The notes beneath the pieces are model-generated. The model was not told the DNA's origin. It did not search any database and worked only from the letters and a program-made list of their open reading frames with translations. From contig OZ316899.1 of assembly GCA_973895155.1 (NCBI GenBank), positions 7,691,241-7,755,240 of the forward strand: a stretch of 64,000 nucleotides of DNA, in the 5' to 3' direction. The DNA comes from Marsupella aquatica. Taxonomy: Eukaryota; Plantae; Marchantiophyta. How positions within the stretch are numbered: the stretch's first letter is position 1; every line of letters starts with the position of its first letter. Positions 1 to 12,489 of the stretch are shown here, piece by piece. The translations under genes and the position numbers were made by a program.

Positions 1-1029
1 TCATGAATTATACTCATTCATGGATGGGTACTCTGGTTATAACCAAATCAGGATTAGGCAGAAGGACCAAATCAAGACGGCCTTCATCACGGAATGGGGG
101 ATCTATATCTTCAATCGTATGCCGTTTGGACTCTGCAATGCACCAGCTATGTTCCAATGATTCATGGTGAACATTTTCCATGACTACTTGAGAAAGTTCA
201 TGGAAATCTTCATTGATGACTTTGCAGTATTTGGAAAAGCATCGAAGCATGCTAAATACCTAAGGAAGACCTTCATGAGATGCAGAGAGGTAGGTCTCAA
301 GTTACCCCCAGATAAATTTTTCTTTGGAGTAACAGAAGGTGTGCTGCTAGGGCACAAAGTATCGAAGAAGGGCATTGAGATTGACAAGGGTAAGCTAGCA
401 GTATGGCTTGATATCATGCAACCTAAGAACATAAAGGATGTGAGATCCTTCTTGGGGTGCATTGGGTATTACCGCCGGTTCATCAAGGATTTTGCCAAGC
501 TAGCCTTACCATTAACCAACATGCTCAAGGCAGGCGCAGACTTTGAACCCACAACAGAAAGAGTAACAGTTGTGGTGGAATTAAAGCAAAAGTTAGTAGA
601 GGCCCCAGTCATGATAGCACTAGACTGGAACAAAGATTTTCATGTCTTCATAGATGTCTCAGGCTTCTGTATCGGCTCAGTATTAAGTCAGTTAGATGAG
701 AAAGGAAGGGACCATCCCATATACTTTGCAAGCCACCAGCTTGCCGATGCCGAACGGAACTACTCCACCATAGAAAGAGAAGCTTTAGGAGTTATTTATT
801 CATGTAAAAAGTTTAGGCATTATTTGCTAGGGTACAAAGTAATCTTTCATACCAATCATGAAAGTTTGAAATATCTAGTAAATAAGCCGGACCTTACAAG
901 TAGGGTAGCAAGATGGATTTTGTTATTACAGGAATTTGACTACGAGCTAAAAATCAAGCCGGGAAAGCTACACGCCAATGCCGACTTCTTTTCAAGGATC
1001 ACAGATGAACCTGCCACAGATTGCATCGA
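1..1029 (+). pseudogene. pol: gypsy pol: reverse transcriptase and RNase H, with an in-frame stop near 158, interrupted at 1030 by a solo LTR
   Basis: ORF 164..1048 translation. The frame continues as ...DCID-DRFPDEELF at 3347 once the insertion is removed. Confidence 0.93.
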
Positions 1030-1044
1030 TGTGACGTCGATGAC

Positions 1045-1232
1045 ATAGAGGTTAGCAGACACGGATAGCGGATATGGATAGAGGTTAGCGGACACGGATA
1101 GCGGATACGGATAGAGGTTAGCGGACACGGATAGCGGATACAGATAGAGGTTAGCGGACAGGGATAGCGGATACGGATAGAGGTTAGCGGACACGGATAG
1201 CGGATACGGATAGAGGTTAGCGGATACAGATA
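1045..1232 (+). repeat. 33-bp tandem repeat (about 5.5 units) in the U3 of solo LTR B1
   Basis: GAGGTTAG recurs at 1048, 1081, 1114, 1147, 1180 and 1213. Confidence 0.93.
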
Positions 1233-1284
1233 CCGGATAGTGGCTAGTGGCTAGCGGATTTAGATTGGGGTTAGACTAAACCCG

Positions 1285-1510
1285 GGACAACGGATAGCGG
1301 ACAACGGATAGCGGACAACGGATAGCGGACAACGGACACGGACAACAGACACGGACAATGGATAGCGGACAACGGACACGGACAACGGACACGGATAGTA
1401 GACAGCAAGCACAGATAGCGAACATGGATAACGGACACGGACAACGAACACGGACACAGACAACTGACACGGACAACGGACACGGATAGCGGACACGGAC
1501 ACGGATAGCG
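1285..1510 (+). repeat. compound minisatellite of CGGACA/CGGACAA/CGGATAG units
   Basis: Read directly from the sequence. Confidence 0.9.
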
Positions 1511-3346
1511 GCTTAGCCCGAGGCCACGGGTTAACTCTTCTAAGGTTAGATAGGATAGCTAGGCTAGCCGAACTTGGGTTAGCTATGTAACTTGGGTTAG
1601 CGTAGCAATGAGTACCCCCTCTCGGTTGCGGGGGCATAACTTTATGTGTATTTGGCCAAATCGGCTATAATTGACCTCGTTGGAAAGAGGAGCTCAAGCC
1701 GCTTCCAACGCTGCTATCCACGCAGCAAATGGTTGAATAGAGAAATCGGGAGAGGAGGCGCAAGCTCGCAAAAACCATGGAGGAGGGCCAAATCCGAAGT
1801 ACGTAGCCAATTCGAGATAGAAATAAAGTTGCGAGTTAGGGTTCAGTAGTTAGAGATAGTGGCGGCTCTGTTAGGGCTGGGATGGGGCTCCAGCAGCGTA
1901 GTATCCACCCATTTGGGCTCAGTATGAGAGTATATAGAGTAGTCCCCCGGTAGAGGCAAGGGGGGGGACTTCAGTTGTGTGATCTCACTTAGACTGAGCA
2001 GCAGGGAGGAGCTCTGTGCAAGCAAGGCTGGACTTGGACGCTGCGTGTTGGGGAGAGCTTGGTTGTGCTATTACTCAGGGAGTAATCAGCCAAGCTTCAC
2101 AACTGCAACGGGTTGCTAGGTTTGCGAGCTGGATTGTGGCTCTTTCTAGTGGGCAGCACAACTGGGTCCTTTTCCCCCGATATAGAGCCTTGGTGATAGG
2201 TGATGTATTGGTGATTGGAAACTGTGGGGAGGATGTCAATTTGATTTGTGGTGAGCACATTAGGGAGGCTGAGATACTGATTGAGGGGCAGCAGAAGGAG
2301 CATTTACAGTTTGGTCTGGCAAGGCTACGTGATCCATGGGGAGTCCCGGCCTTTGTCTGGTAGAGAGCACTAAGGGATTTATGGCTAGAGCTGAGCTTGC
2401 AAGGCAAGCATGAGGCCGGGCCTCATTGCAATCTGGGGTAGATCGTCGTTAGGCCTGGTACCAGCTTTGAAGTCGAGTCGACTATGCATGCGTAACTTGA
2501 CGTTCTGAATTGGAGGTGTGAGATCTGTATGTGCCCCCAAGAATGAAGTGCAGTGAAGGAGGTTGAGTTCAGGATTGAGTTTGCAAGGCAAGTACGGGAT
2601 TGGTTTGAGTCCAATCTGCCGTCGCAATCTGGAGTGAGCCGGGCTCAGGTTCAGGATTGAGCTTGCATGGCAAGCATGGGGCTTGCGGGGCAAGCACGTC
2701 ACAATCTGGAGGAGACAGTCTTCGGCCCTAGTGTTCGGATCAAGTGTTCTCAGTGAACTATTGTGCACATCTTTGAATCTAATTGAGTTTTCCTCTCAGG
2801 CCTCATTTCTCTCATGGATGTGTGTGTGTGAGGCAATTTGAGTGTACAATGGGACTAGCAGCGCCACTGAGAGGTGTACAGGGTGCATTGAAGCGGGTTG
2901 GGTGAGGACTGTCATAGCTTTGATTGCTGAGAGTGGAATGGCAGAGTGGTGGGGCAATGGCTTAGAAGTCCCTAAGCCGGGAATCAGTCAAGAGTCACTG
3001 GTTTATGGGTACATTTTGGCGGCGGAATAGAAACATACCTATGACAGTAAGCATACGTATAGACCTATGTGCACCGTAGCGCTAGGCCCTGTGTGTACGG
3101 GCCCAATATGAAGACCCCTTCTCACCAGAACTATCATGAGCGCAAATCTGATGCCCAACCTTGGTTCCTTGGGATTGAGCTTGGGTGATGTGTGATAGAG
3201 TCTTGCTATGATAGTCTGGTGTTAAGGGCATAAATTGGTGTTTACCGGCCTTCACAACATCCCTTCGTGATCCTCAGGTACAAGGAGATGGTTTTGGCAC
3301 CCATAGTGACATCTTTGGTGTTAAGACCCATGTCAACCGCGTGACA

Positions 3347-4715
3347 ATCGATGACCGATTTCCCGACGAAGAGCTATTCATTGTGGAAATAGCTGATACA
3401 TGGTACCCTGAGATGTTGCAATTTCTCAGCACGTCCAGATTACAGCCAGGGCTAACCCGAGAACAAGCCGCAGTCTTTCTACGCAAGGTCAGACAGTATC
3501 AGTACATTAAGGGTGTGCTACACAGGTATGGAATCAGCAGCACAATTCAAAGGTGTTTGGAGAAGGGAGAGGTAAAACGAGTCTTACGGGCTATGCATGG
3601 GGAGGAAGCCGGCGGACATTTTTCTCCAGTAACCACGTCTACAAAGATATTAAATGTCGGTTACTGGTGGCCCACATTGCACAAAGATGTCTATCAGTTT
3701 ATCAAACAATGCGATCCTTGTCAACAAGCGGGGGGACCAAGGGCGTCCACAAGACATCCTCTGCACCCTATTCTACCTCTGGCACCATTCAAGAAGTGGG
3801 GTATTGATTTCATGGGACCTCTGAAACCATTGACCCATCCTCGGAGAAACAAGTACATAATCCTGGCCACGGATTATGCAACTAAATGGGTGGAGGCCAG
3901 GCTAACGACGAAGGATGACGCAATTACTACGGCTCGATTCATGTATGAGCAGATCTTCACCAGGTATGGAGCACCCTTAGAATTAGTTAGTGATAGAGGA
4001 ACCCATTTTCTGAATGATATAATTAGTCATTTAAATAAGCAGTATTTAGTTAGACATAGACCTACTACTCCTTACCACCCAAAGGCAAATTAATGGGTTG
4101 ACAGAACGAGCCAATGGGATTATAGGAAAAATATTAAACAAAACTGTAGCTCAGATCAAACTCGATTGGGATGATAAAGTGTTTGCTGCTGTTTTTGCTT
4201 ACAATTTAGCCTATAAATCCACTACCGGTCATACACCCTTTTTCTTAACCTTTGGGCAAGAAGCTCTGGTACCCATGCAACTTGAGATACCCACATTTCA
4301 AATTACAATTGAGGAAAGAGTCTCTGAGGAGGAAAGCCTAAAGGAGCGAGAATATAGATTAGAAGCTTTAGAAGAAGCAAGAATGATTTCAGCCGAGAGA
4401 GTAGAATATAGACAAAATACCATGAAGCAGCAATACGATAAAAGATTGAAACCAGTTAGTATCCACACAGGAGATCTAGTATTACTTTATGATAGTAGGT
4501 ATAGTAGGTTCCCGGGTAAACTTTACACTCGCTGGTTAGGACCCTTCAGAGTAAACATGAAGTTCTCCAATGGCTCCGTGCAATTGGCCAACACTACTGG
4601 AGAAATATACCCCGTTTGCATTCATTGCGACCGCCTCAAGAAATACTATATGGACGAAGATGAAGTTGTTTGCGAGGACGCTTCACAATTAAGTGGGGAG
4701 CTATGTGATGCCTAG
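3347..4715 (+). pseudogene. pol: gypsy integrase (HHCC zinc finger, DDE core, GPF motif), frameshifted near 4093
   Basis: H...GGHF...C..CQ; WGIDFMGP; SDRGTHF; TPYHPKAN/ERAN; RWLGPF in ORFs 3341..4093 and 4098..4715. Confidence 0.93.
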
Positions 4716-6088
4716 CCAGGAATCATTAGGCCAGTTTAATTAGTAAAATCAGGAGTGTACCGTAGGAAACACCTTAGTATAGTAACAAAAATAGGGAAAT
4801 ATAAACAATTAAGGGTGACTATGGAACCCGAGCCGAGGCCAAAAGTAAGGACGTCGGGGGAAACACGATTAGGGTTAGGGAGTGCTAAGTACTGGCGGCT
4901 ACTAACGGGAAGGAAGACCAGCCAAGGGGGGGGGGTAAGGACCGAGCGAAAGGACTGGCGGCTCATTTGCAAACACAAGCCAAGCGGACGACTACGGGAG
5001 GCCAACTGCTGTCCGCTGCTCAGGCAAGCACTCGGGGTGGAAGCAGATACCGACGATCAACTCAAGAGGGGTATGAGCAACGTCAATCAAGCTGCTCATT
5101 TTTGGGGATGCCTGTTAGAACGGGTAATTGAGTACATTGGGACCTACCAGGAAAAGAATCAGAGAGAGCGGCTTGAGAACGGCAGGAGTGGAGGGCCGCT
5201 CCTTTTGAGGAGGGCGGACGTGGAGGGAGGAGGCGTGAGTGGGCAGGGCGGGCTCAGATCTCCAAGTTTAGAATTAGGATCAGGACCAAGGGGCGGCCCT
5301 GACACTTAGCTTAGTGGGATTGCGGATCCACTGGTAAGAGCAACACTTGTGCTTGTGCCTTACTGTACATAGGTAGATTACAGTTAGGTAGATTAGGCTT
5401 ACGCTGCAAGGAATTAGGCGGATCCACTACCAGGATAAGTACTTGGGCAGCGGGGAGTTCAGGGCCTTCTTCCTTAGCAAGTTTTTAGTGCACCAACATG
5501 GCTGGGATCAAGTAGTTAAAGAAGCTCTCGGTTAGTTATACTGTGACCCTTGTGTATATTCATGTTTCCTCATACCTAAGAAATGAATAGAGTTGGCCTC
5601 ACGGCTTAGTTCGCAGATCTTGTATATGAGAAGTACTGTTTGTATGGCAAGTGCATGGTATAACTCAATCAGAAGGAGTCATTTTGCTATTTGTGTGTCG
5701 CATTAACTTGTTTGAAGATTGCCCGCATCAACCAAGAAGGGAGTAAGCAAGGTAGTAAGAGTTGGATGTGTCAAGCTTAGAGAGGTCTTAGCGGCTTACC
5801 CAAGCTAGTTGGGGATCATTCCGGCGGCGGAATCCAAACATACCTAAAGGAAAACCGAGAGAGGAGGACAAGGGAAGGCCGAGAATAGGCCGGCTACGTA
5901 TCTCATGACCCGATGAAGGATCTGTCCAGTATATGTGAGTAAAATGTTAATAGCAATAGTAGTAGAAGGAAGTTAGCAGCGTCCCATGCCGCTAAGCCGC
6001 AAAATCGGCCTTGCCAAGAGCGAAACCTGCGGGAATCGGCTTGAGCAGAGGGGTTTCTTGGGTTTAGGGAGCCATGGGACGCACCACA
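4704..6088 (+). mobile_element. 3' LTR (1385 bp), short relative of LTR family C
   Basis: Follows the PPT. The start TGTGATG..GCCAGGA and end GGGACGCACCACA resemble the 29806 and 34407 ends. Contains the shared TTCCG-N4-CGGAA motif at 5819. Confidence 0.85.
4755..5309 (+). pseudogene. truncated remnant of the LTR-encoded ORF (N-terminus only)
   Basis: GMSNVNQAAHFWGCLLE...TY matches GMNTVNQAGKFWGCLLE...TY in ORF 29994..30440. Confidence 0.7.
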
Positions 6089-7110
6089 GTCATGTTCTTG
6101 AAGTACCAAGTCTTCCCGTGGCCACGATTTTGAGCCTTGAGGAAACCCTCCAGCATCTCCTTCAACATAAGCAAACTGTACTCCTCCAATGGAGTGTTCA
6201 ACAACTTTGCCACCCGATTGGCATCATTGAACCATGACATCCTCACGACAGTCAAGCTTATCTTGGACACGACAAAGAATGTTCTTAGGTCTAACATTCA
6301 AACAAGGCAATCTTTGACAGATTGCCAATAGGGTATTCACACAAGGGAAACAATATTGTATACCTGTTGTTACAAAATGTGAGTTACTTATGAGTTCAGA
6401 GCGTGCATTGCTTGCTCAACCTTCTTGAATCCGTCCTTTCCAGCATTCAAAAGAGAGAATCTGACAAACGGATGGTACTACGGTTGATCTCCAAACTCCT
6501 TCGCAACTGCAGACCAAGCTATGTACCTATGGTTTCCGTCAAAAACCCAAAACATCTTGTCCTTGAGCATTTTGAAGTCCTCTAACGCATCGCACTCTTG
6601 CTCAAACTGCTCATTGATTTCAGTCCACAGCAAGTCCCAATAGGGCTTGAACTCTGCCACTGTCCTTGTCTCCCCTGATTCATTGAACTCAGTGATGTGG
6701 AACTCGCTAAGCTTTACAACATAGCCAAGCTCTCTTTGAATCCTTTTTTTAGTTTGACTACCGACTCATCATGAAGATTCCTGATGGCCTCCATTGGCAT
6801 GAGCCGGCATAAGGGGATCCGGGGAGGATCCTTTTCAAACTTTGTCTCATACTTGGAGACGATTGACTCCCAAGCTCCCTTCTCTGCAATATCTACTAAT
6901 TCCGCTGCTCCTATTGGCTCAAACAACATTTTCTTTGGCTCAAACTTCCTCCTTGAGTCCATTGACTCCACAAGGGGACCACCTTTGTGAGCGTGTTAGT
7001 CAAGATGTCACTGGCAAAGGGGACAAAGACCGTTGTTTCTTACTCCGTTGAGAAGTTCCGCTATCAACAGGTCCAGCAACCGAACCAACCGAGTCTTTCC
7101 TCTTCACCAT
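6089..7110 (-). pseudogene. ParB/Srx-like domain protein of probable TE origin, disrupted by stops and frameshifts and cut at 6088 by the gypsy insertion
   Basis: Fragments 6714..6971, 6478..6660 and 6064..6297 read IPLCRLMPMEAIRNLHDESVVKLKKGF ... FWVFDGNHRYIAW, a DGxHR ParB signature. Confidence 0.6.
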
Positions 7111-7994
7111 TGTGAGCTAAGATTACATGAGAAAACATTCAAGAATTAATTCACAATAACCATACATCTTGGCGAGCCCCGCTGAGCAAAAGTTTTGACA
7201 TGTCAAGCTTGCAACATACATTCAAATCGTGTAGACAGTCATGCAGTGAACAAGGGATCTAACCTCAGAGATAGGAGAAGCACCGTGCTTGAAACTACAA
7301 CCCGCTGAGAGTGATTTGACTGCCGCCAACTGAGACCTTCAAATCACCTATTGTAGCACAGAGTTTGAAACTTTGAGAGTCGACCGCTGCCAAGCTCAAA
7401 CCAGACTGAGACCTTCAAATCACCTTTGCCAACCAGCACAGAGCTTGAAACTATGGGACTCGACCACCGCCAAGGTGAAGCCTTCAAAACACCTTCGCAA
7501 ACCAGGGCACACGACCACACTTGCCAAGAATAAGTGGAAGAGAGGAAAGCCAACATGATTGGAAGACTGGGATGAAGAGCGGAGGGGACCTAGGAAGAGC
7601 GAGGATGCGTGAGGAATAACGGGGAGTGAATGAGACGGGGAGTGAATGATGAAGAGTGAGGAAGCGCAGGGATAAGTGAGAAAGACGTTGAAAGCCCTAA
7701 CGAAGAGTGAAGAGCAAGAGTGACAAGGAAGAGTAAGGAAGAAGGACCCTCGTACCGCAAGTACTGCACCGCACGGAAGTACGCCATGGATACAAGAGAT
7801 CCCCGATACCGCACTGCAACACAAGTACATGGATACGGGAGATCCAAACTATACTAGAGAACGTACATCTTGTTAATTAACGGGCCAAACAAAAAAGTAC
7901 GCGGCCAAACAAGAAAGTACATAAGGTTGTAGGGTTTATGGCCCAGTACGGGGGTATAAGATACGGCCAATGTTTAGGGTTTAGGGTCCAAATC

Positions 7995-9004
7995 TCAAAG
8001 ACCCTTGTTGACAATGGATAGCGGGCAATACTAAGACGTGTCAACATCTCAGAGTCTTGTCCCAAAGAGGGAATGGGGCCCACAATATGAGTCCAAATCT
8101 CAAACACCCTCGCCAAGAATGGATAGCGGGCCAATACAAAGACCTCTTAACCTCTAAACCTCATAGTGGGCCAACCTCACAGTACATACCCTTGGGTGGG
8201 GTATACAAAGCTGCAATGAGACAACACCGATAGATCTCGGAGACCCTCTCCGAGATGGCGTGGTGTGCCACATCTGGCAGTCATCTTGTTTTGAGACACT
8301 CGCAAAAGAGGGATGTGGACAAGGAAGTTGACAATCTAAATCCAATAAGACCCCTGCTCCATGTCAGAGACCCTTGCCAAGATAGAAAGGCATGCCCCAA
8401 ATGTCTTCACTTTATCTAGGAGACAGTTGCCGATGAAGAATTTTGGACACCTTGTACTCTTGGAGACCCTCTTCGAGAAGGAGTAGTGTGCATGAAATGA
8501 CAATGCCTCTAAACTCTTGGACCGTATCACGGGAGGAAAGGTAAGGCAGATCAGGCATCCTGTCTCTCGGAGACCCTCTCCGAGATGGAATTGAGAGGCA
8601 CTAGTCCCCCGCCAAAGGACCCAAGATGTCGGAGACCCTCGCCAAAATGGGACTGTGGAACTATAAACGCTTCTCCATACCATAAATCCATCAACTTTTT
8701 ACAATTATCCGTACAAAACGACTTGAAAACTCCAAATTGGGCATTTTCTCCTCTACCATGCTTGGATATATCTTGGAGACCCTCGTCAAAATGGGATTAT
8801 GGAACTAGAAATGCTTCTCCCTACCATTAATCCATAATTTTTTAACAAATATCCTTACAAACTGGCGTTTTCTCTCCTTTACAATGCTCGAATATATCTC
8901 AGAGAGGCTCGCTGAGTATGATATGCACTCCAAACAACTGACACCAAACTCTGAAGTAGACCTGCGCCAAGGAGACAATCTGGCAATCATACATCCAAAT
9001 CCAT
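7995..9004 (+). repeat. array of short dispersed motifs (G)AGACCCTCGCCAA/GAGACCCTCTCCGAG
   Basis: Variants near 7999, 8104, 8240, 8367, 8462, 8570, 8632 and 8775; the same core begins each downstream 158-bp unit. Confidence 0.65.
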
Positions 9005-9768
9005 CTCAGAGACCCTCGCCAAGTAAGAGACAGAATCAAAAGTCGATGTTGAACAGTCAATGTTGAAAAGTCAACAAATTTCCCACTAAGAAACTCTTGC
9101 TTATAAAGGAGCGTGGGCCCCAGGAGTCCCGAATAGATCTCAGAGACCCTCACCAAGTAGGAGTAGGGATAACAAGTTGATGATGCTCCGACTCAGAGAG
9201 TCAATGTTGAACAATCAATGTTGAAAAGACAACAAATTTCCTACTAAGAAACTCTCGCTTATATAGGAGTGTGGGCCCCAAGAATCACAAATAGATCTCA
9301 AAGACCCTCGCCGAGTAGGAGTAGGGATAACAAGTCGATGGTGCTCCGACTCAGAGAGTCGATGTTGAACAGTCAATGTTGAAAAGACAACAAAATTCCT
9401 ACTAAGAAACTCTCGCTTGCACAGGGGTGTGGGCCCCAGGAGTCCCAAATAGATCTCAAAGACCCTCGCCGAGTAGGAGTAGGGATAACAAGTCGATGGT
9501 GCTCCGACTCAGAGAGTCGATGTTGAACAGTCAATGTTGAAAAGACAACAAATTTCCTACTGAGAAACTCTCGCTTGCACAGGAGTGTGGGCCCTAGGAG
9601 TCCCGAATAGATCACAGAGACCCTTGTCGAGTAGGAGTAGGGATAAAAAGTCGATGATGCTCAGACTCGGAGAGTCAATGTTAAACAGTCAATGTTGAAA
9701 AGACAACAAATTTCCTATTGAGAAACTCTCACTTACATGCCCTAGGAGTCCCGAATAGATCTCAAAGA
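9005..9768 (+). repeat. 158-bp tandem repeat (about 4.8 units); the last unit is split by the Sola-like insertion and resumes at 26426-26460
   Basis: AGACCCT at 9144, 9302, 9460 and 9618 (158-bp spacing); continuation AAGACCCTTGTCGAGTAG..GGGATAAAAAG at 26426. Confidence 0.92.
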
Positions 9769-10899
9769 ATCAATACTTTCACTAACTCTGGAATATTATA
9801 GTCCACTTGGAATTTTGATAGTGTACTTTTGGAAAATTGAATGTTACTTTTTAGAAATTTGAAAACATAGTTTTTGAGTTTTAAATAAGGGTTCTAAACA
9901 ATTCCAATTTTCTTCCGGATACTTCAGCACCAATTTTGGAAACTTCAAGTTGTGATTTGGTACAAACTTTTGAGACATAACATAAGAAAAGGGGCTTAGG
10001 TTCACACGTTGTTAACTTCATCCCAATGAGTTTTTTAATAGATAGAGACCAGCCACGAAAAGCCACACGACAAGGGGGAACAAGCAACCTCACACACAAC
10101 AAAGAACATGCACAACATACCCCTAAAAGCCCCCAAAAGAAGAGGGTCAGAGAGTCGCACAAGAGTAAAGAGTAAAAGCTCAACAACAAGAGTCGCCCTG
10201 ACACCTAAGGGGCACGACGGAACAAAAGGTGCACTCAAAGCTTCAATGAAGAGTAAGATACTGGAGATGACTACATATGATCATAAAAAGTGGGCGGGAC
10301 CAAGTGTAACAGTCCAGAGGAGCATATAGTTTAGCAAGCAGTTTTGCAAGCTTTATCGATTCCTAGAATGATGCATACAGGAATTCTACATGTCTTGTTG
10401 TGAGGGAGGAGTATGATAGACGGAGGACTTTGCACAAGCCGTTCATCCGCACTCGAGCGCAAGCCACTCTCCTCCACCAACACACGCAATAGGAGAAGGC
10501 ATCGTGAGAACAAAGGCTCCTCTATACTCTCTCCTCCCATCCCACACGCAGAGGGAGAAGCGGCGTGTGAAAAGAGGCTCCTCTCTGCCGAAGACCAAGT
10601 CGCTCCAGAAATAGAAGGGCAAAGAACAAGGGGATTGCAAATGAAAGAGCACCAACATCCAATTTGCATAACAAAACAACATTCCACATTTGTACACATA
10701 AAGATAAGCTTGGTATATTCATAGGAAACATATGTGCCTAACAAAAATTCTGGTTGATGTCAGCGTAGGCATCCCTGAAATCAACCTCCCATGCTCAGAA
10801 ACACCAAAGCCTCCCAAGCGGAAAACACTAAGGCGGGAAACGCAAGCACTTTTTGTTCACACCTCAACACGATGCACGATCAACTAACAAATTCCTACG

Positions 10900-11453
10900 C
10901 GATGATCGCATTCGCACAAAAAATAGCTCCAAAACACCTCCCGATAGCTGACTCCAGAATGCCTCATTCAATCGTTCCAGGATGATGGCATCCACTTGTT
11001 GGAGTCCGCATTATCGCTATCTAGAAATTCTTCCCTTGCCCATTCCTTCAAACTTCTCTCGGAGCTTCGTTTCTTCTTCAAAGGTCCGTAATACTCAGCC
11101 AAATGCTCCCTCTTCCAACGACGCCTCATCTTTCAACATTCCTCCCGACGGATCCTCTTTTGTTGCCCCTTTGCGGCCTTTGTCAGCTTCTTCTCTTTCT
11201 CTTTCTGTTCCTCCTCCACCTCATCTGCAACAGGTGCCTGGTCATTTGTATTGTCATGACTAACCACAGTTTGGTTGCCAAGAGGAGGAATGGTTTCTGT
11301 TCTTGCAACAACTCTAGAGTCAAAACTATCGGATGGCTTCGAGCACACAGAGAAGTTGGACCGCTCCTCATTTGCATTCTCTGCCTGTAATGCTCTAGAA
11401 CTCTTCTCCGCATGTAATGCCGAAGAACTCCTCACTCGTCTCCGAGGTGCCAT
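10900..11453 (-). pseudogene. degenerate hypothetical gene with a charged, low-complexity N-terminus
   Basis: ORF 11133..11453 begins MAPRRRVRSS and is E/K rich; no recognisable domain; left end approximate. Confidence 0.3.
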
Positions 11454-11610
11454 TATGAAAGTTAAGGAAAATCACCACAATCCAAAATGGTTGTCAAGCG
11501 CTCAATTTGGGAAAGGAAGATTTGATCAGAAGGAGAGAGATGTTGGAGACTGAGCCAGAAGTTCATCACAAAACATAACTTGAAGGAGAGAAACAAGCCT
11601 CTTGAATAAA

Positions 11611-12330
11611 GGTGTGTGTGATGAGATCAGGGATTTGCAAGTCATAAGTTCATTATGACATCCTAAGCGAGCCTCATGTGGCACAATTGTGATACTAAAA
11701 CCCGTGACCTGGCACCACACCATCATTGTGGCCACAACGGACCCGAGCCATAGGGCGACATGCGCGCCATTGCAGTGAAAATGAAATTCAGTACAAGTAC
11801 ACACCTTTCACTTTCCGAAGGTCATAATGATCCTAGAGCTGAGTAGTCCGGCCTACACGAGCCTTGTACAGAAAGTGACTGGAACCAACCAGCGCCAACC
11901 TTGCCTATTGTTCTCCCACGGTCCTCAACCCGACAATTAGTACCTGTCGTGTGAATATGGGTGTGTGTGATGAGATCCGGGATTTGCAAGTCATAAGTTG
12001 ATTATGACATCCTACGCGAGCCTCGTGTAGCACAATTATGATACAAAAACACCTGTCAATTTAACCTCAATAACGGAGGAAATTGAGCTCATCCCACCCA
12101 AATCTCATGATCCGGCACCAAACCATCATTGTGGTCACAACGGACACGAGCCAAAGGTCGACATGCATGCCATTGCAGTGAATGTGACACACCTTTCACT
12201 TTCCAAAGCTCAAAATGATCCTTGAGCTAAGTAGTCCGGCCTACACGAGCCTCGTGCGGAAAGTGACTGGAACAAACCTGCTCCAACCTTGCCTAATGTT
12301 CTCCCACAATCCTCAACCCGACAATTAGGA
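11611..12330. repeat. tandem duplication of about 340-370 bp downstream of the transposase
   Basis: GGTGTGTGTGATGAGATC.GGGATTTGCAAGTCATAAG at about 11611 and 11960; both units end ...CCTCAACCCGACAATTAG. Confidence 0.88.
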
Positions 12331-12489
12331 CGTGCCATGCATCACCAAGTGTCTTCCATGCGAGTCTCGCATCGAGAAAGGATTTTAGTTCTCCTCAATC
12401 GTTTCTCTAATGTAAACCTTCACACTTTCCAAAACTCTTGCTGGAACTTTTACCTTTGCATCGTCGGGTCCATTCAACTTGGAACTCTT

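Larger units (their letters stand above)
1030..3346 (+). mobile_element. solo LTR, family B copy 1 (2317 bp)
   Basis: TGTGACG...CGTGACA termini; perfect 5-bp TSD ATCGA (1025-1029 and 3347-3351); homologous to 16563-19000 and 46577-48999. Confidence 0.95.
1..6088 (+). mobile_element. Ty3/gypsy (non-chromovirus, Athila/Phygy-like) LTR retrotransposon, 3' part: RT-RNase H-integrase, PPT and 3' LTR; 5' part off-window
   Basis: RT motifs GYNQI, MPFGLCNAP and FIDDF; RNase H (DVSGFCIGSVLSQ...NYST.EREALG); integrase; purine tract AAGTGGGGAG at 4691-4700; LTR TGTGATG(4704)...GCACCACA(6088). No chromodomain or extra archaeal-type RNase H seen. Confidence 0.93.

Noticed and set aside
940-1637. Repetitive ORFs (LSVSANLYPYP, VRCPLS repeats)
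   Set aside because: They are translations of the tandem arrays in the solo LTR; stop-free repeats give spurious ORFs.
1030-3346. Family B units as TRIMs or DNA transposons
   Set aside because: No internal paired LTRs, PBS or long TIRs. The TG..CA ends, 5-bp TSDs and motifs shared with families A and C indicate solo LTRs.
9005-9768. Possible CRISPR-like array
   Set aside because: Whole 158-bp units are near identical, with no unique spacers and no cas genes; this is a satellite.
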